The position numbers were made by a program, and so were the translations under genes. Below are positions 62,332 to 64,000 of a stretch of DNA of 64,000 nucleotides, piece after piece. The DNA is taken from the IMG/VR virus record IMGVR_UViG_3300033150_000870, positions 4,329 through 68,328 of that record. The stretch is one strand, 5' to 3'. Source of the stretch: a virus. The notes beneath the pieces were generated by a model. The model ran no database searches. It saw only the letters and a list, made by a program, of their open reading frames with translations, and was not told the DNA's origin. Position 1 is the first letter of the stretch; every line of letters starts with the position of its first letter.

Positions 62332-63391
62332 ATGGCGTGTGAAAAAATCAATGTGTTTGAAAATGATTTTGACGAATTAATTAGAGATTTTACGATTGAT
62401 AAAATAGAAGAGTATATATCAAAAGTATTTAAAGAAAATCCAATGGCTCGAACTACAGAAACTATTTTTGAAATAAAACGATTGAACTACAAAAAATTAC
62501 ATGATTTTACAGAAGAATTTGTAATTATGCAGTTAGAAAAAGAGAATTTGGATAAATTAATAGAAATAGAAAATTATATCACTAATTGTGTAGAATTTAA
62601 TAAAATAATTGATGAATTTGCTTTACGAATTTTTGCTTCTATGCTCTAATTTACTCTTTTTTTTTTTGTACATATATTGTAATTATAGGTGTGAAATGAT
62701 GGTCAGAAATATGATGAAATATAAAGTAAAATATAAAAAATATAGAATAAAAAATAGGAGAAATAAAGAAAGAAAAAATAAAGGAGTGTGATAGAATATG
62801 GGATTAGATCTTAGATTGATTCAAGAATTTGTAATTTTGCGTAAAATTTTGGGATATGAGCAAATCCCGATAAAAGCGATACTAAAGTCATATAATAATA
62901 ATGAAGATATATTAAAAATTATCAATATTTACATTAGGAGAATCAATCTTATTAAAGGATGGCATCTAGCAGAACTTAAAGATACTATGTTTTTGAACGC
63001 GGGCTATGTACCATTGAATATATGGGAGAGTGAATAAGCAATGGTAGGAATAAAACGAACTTGTGAAATGTGCGACAGCTTGGCTCAGTATGTTGTTTGG
63101 CGCAGAAACACTGATCAAGTAAATTTCTATTGCGAGCAACATTTTGATTCAATACATTTGCTAATCGAAGACACTATGATTGATCTTAAGACATCAGATA
63201 CAATGAGATTACGATATTTGAAAGTAATTGAGATTTTATTAGACTACATACATGATTACGACCGAAATTGGAGCGACACAAACACACTTCACTTTTGGGA
63301 GGACAACGCAGTCATAAAACAACAACAAGCATTACAAGAGATAATACATCATTGTAAAAAACTATTGGCACTTCTTGAGGCATATCGTTAG
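62332..63391 (+). other. Small hypothetical CDSs (62332-62649, 62798-63037, 63041-63391)
   Basis: GGAGG/GGAG SDs; no family recognised. Confidence 0.55.
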
Positions 63392-63410
63392 TAATCTCTT
63401 TTTTTCATTT

Positions 63411-63500
63411 TGCTTTTAATATGTGTTTGAAAATCATCATTAAAACTTTAAACTTCACTCTTTTTTTTATTCATTTTTCACTTCATTATTTATTCGTATA
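63411..63500 (+). repeat. Intergenic repeat element, degenerate copy 5
   Basis: GCTTTTAA...GAAAATCA..TTAAAACTTTAAACTT...TCGTAT. Confidence 0.5.
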
Positions 63501-63805
63501 TACTTCTTTTTACCCAAATTTTTCCCGACTAAAACACCATAAAAGGGCGCAAAACACCCATCAATTGAACTCCCAAACTCTGGCCTGGATCGGGTAAATT
63601 TCCCAACAAAACCTTTAAAAATCTTATACCTACCATATGGCACCCATAAAACTTATAAATGTTTCGATTTTGACACATCCGTAAATTTTATAAATCTTTC
63701 GACTCGATCCTGTAATTTTTTTCGATTTGTGCATTGTCACATAATTAAATCGTCATTTGGAGTCTGGTCTTGATACAGGATAACAATTAAAAAAGAACGG
63801 ATGAA

Positions 63806-63946
63806 TTAGAATTGATTTTTATAGTATTCGGATAATTCTTCAGACAATTCTTCACATTTAATATATAATTCTTTCACATTCTCAAAAACTTCATCAAAAA
63901 CCCAACGAATTTCTATTATCATATCTTCAAAATCTTCTTTTTTCAT
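63806..63946 (-). CDS. 46-aa acidic protein (not in ORF track)
   Basis: AAGGAGGT SD, then MKKEDFEDMIIEIRWVF... Confidence 0.45.
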   Translation of the reverse strand: MKKEDFEDMIIEIRWVFDEVFENVKELYIKCEELSEELSEYYKNQF

Positions 63947-64000
63947 TTTTCTACCTCCTTAAATTGAATTAATACATTCTAAGGCTATTTTTCGGAATAA

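Larger units (their letters stand above)
1..64000. mobile_element. Archaeal tailed virus (Caudoviricetes, myovirus-like morphogenesis module), large genome segment
   Basis: Terminase, portal, protease, HK97-like MCP, sheath, tube and baseplate genes, together with archaeal replication genes and GGTGA Shine-Dalgarno sites. No host housekeeping genes or integrase seen. Confidence 0.95.

Noticed and set aside
254-62791. Many short antisense or overlapping ORFs in the track (e.g. 254-445, 6338-6679, 27996-28427, 43896-44303, 52085-52522)
   Set aside because: They are shadows of well-supported genes on the other strand or frame, with no SD or recognisable motifs.
62204-63591. GATCCAGGC/GCCTGGATC inverted pair as transposon ends
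   Set aside because: Only 9 bp, with no transposase or target-site duplication.
1-64000. Provirus boundaries or integrase
   Set aside because: No recombinase, att-like repeat or flanking host genes were recognised.

Overview
This AT-rich window holds most of the genome of a tailed archaeal dsDNA virus (Caudoviricetes) with a contractile tail. Evidence for an archaeal host: GGTGA/GAGGTG ribosome-binding sites, TATA boxes, oligo-T terminators, PCNA, a PriS-PriL primase, an RPA-like SSB, a PolB1-type polymerase and an ERCC4 nuclease. An Asgard (Lokiarchaeia-like) host is an inference. Layout: nucleases and terminase on the minus strand (0-4.2 kb); head genes (4.3-10.8 kb); an accessory block (11-23 kb) with four glycosyltransferases, a methyltransferase, PCNA, RNase HI, a ubiquitin-like gene and two CARF ring-nuclease-like genes; tail and baseplate (23-37.6 kb); membrane proteins; a Y-RNA/Ro60 locus (39-40.7 kb); replication and DNA modification (41.5-52.6 kb); and small-gene modules separated by a repeated intergenic element, including a Ubl-E2-JAB-E1 operon (52.7-64 kb). 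The most striking observation is that the Ro60/TROVE gene is split by a 74-nt insert folding into a canonical archaeal bulge-helix-bulge (BHB) splice motif. Removing it at the canonical cut sites restores the frame exactly, so this is a candidate tRNA-type intron in a viral mRNA, just downstream of a Y-RNA-like hairpin. Also notable: a genome-wide over-represented GCGCC motif with a polar G/C-skew trail, three ubiquitin-like proteins, non-canonical start codons, and a very short tape-measure gene. All family assignments come from motif recognition by eye, not from database searches.
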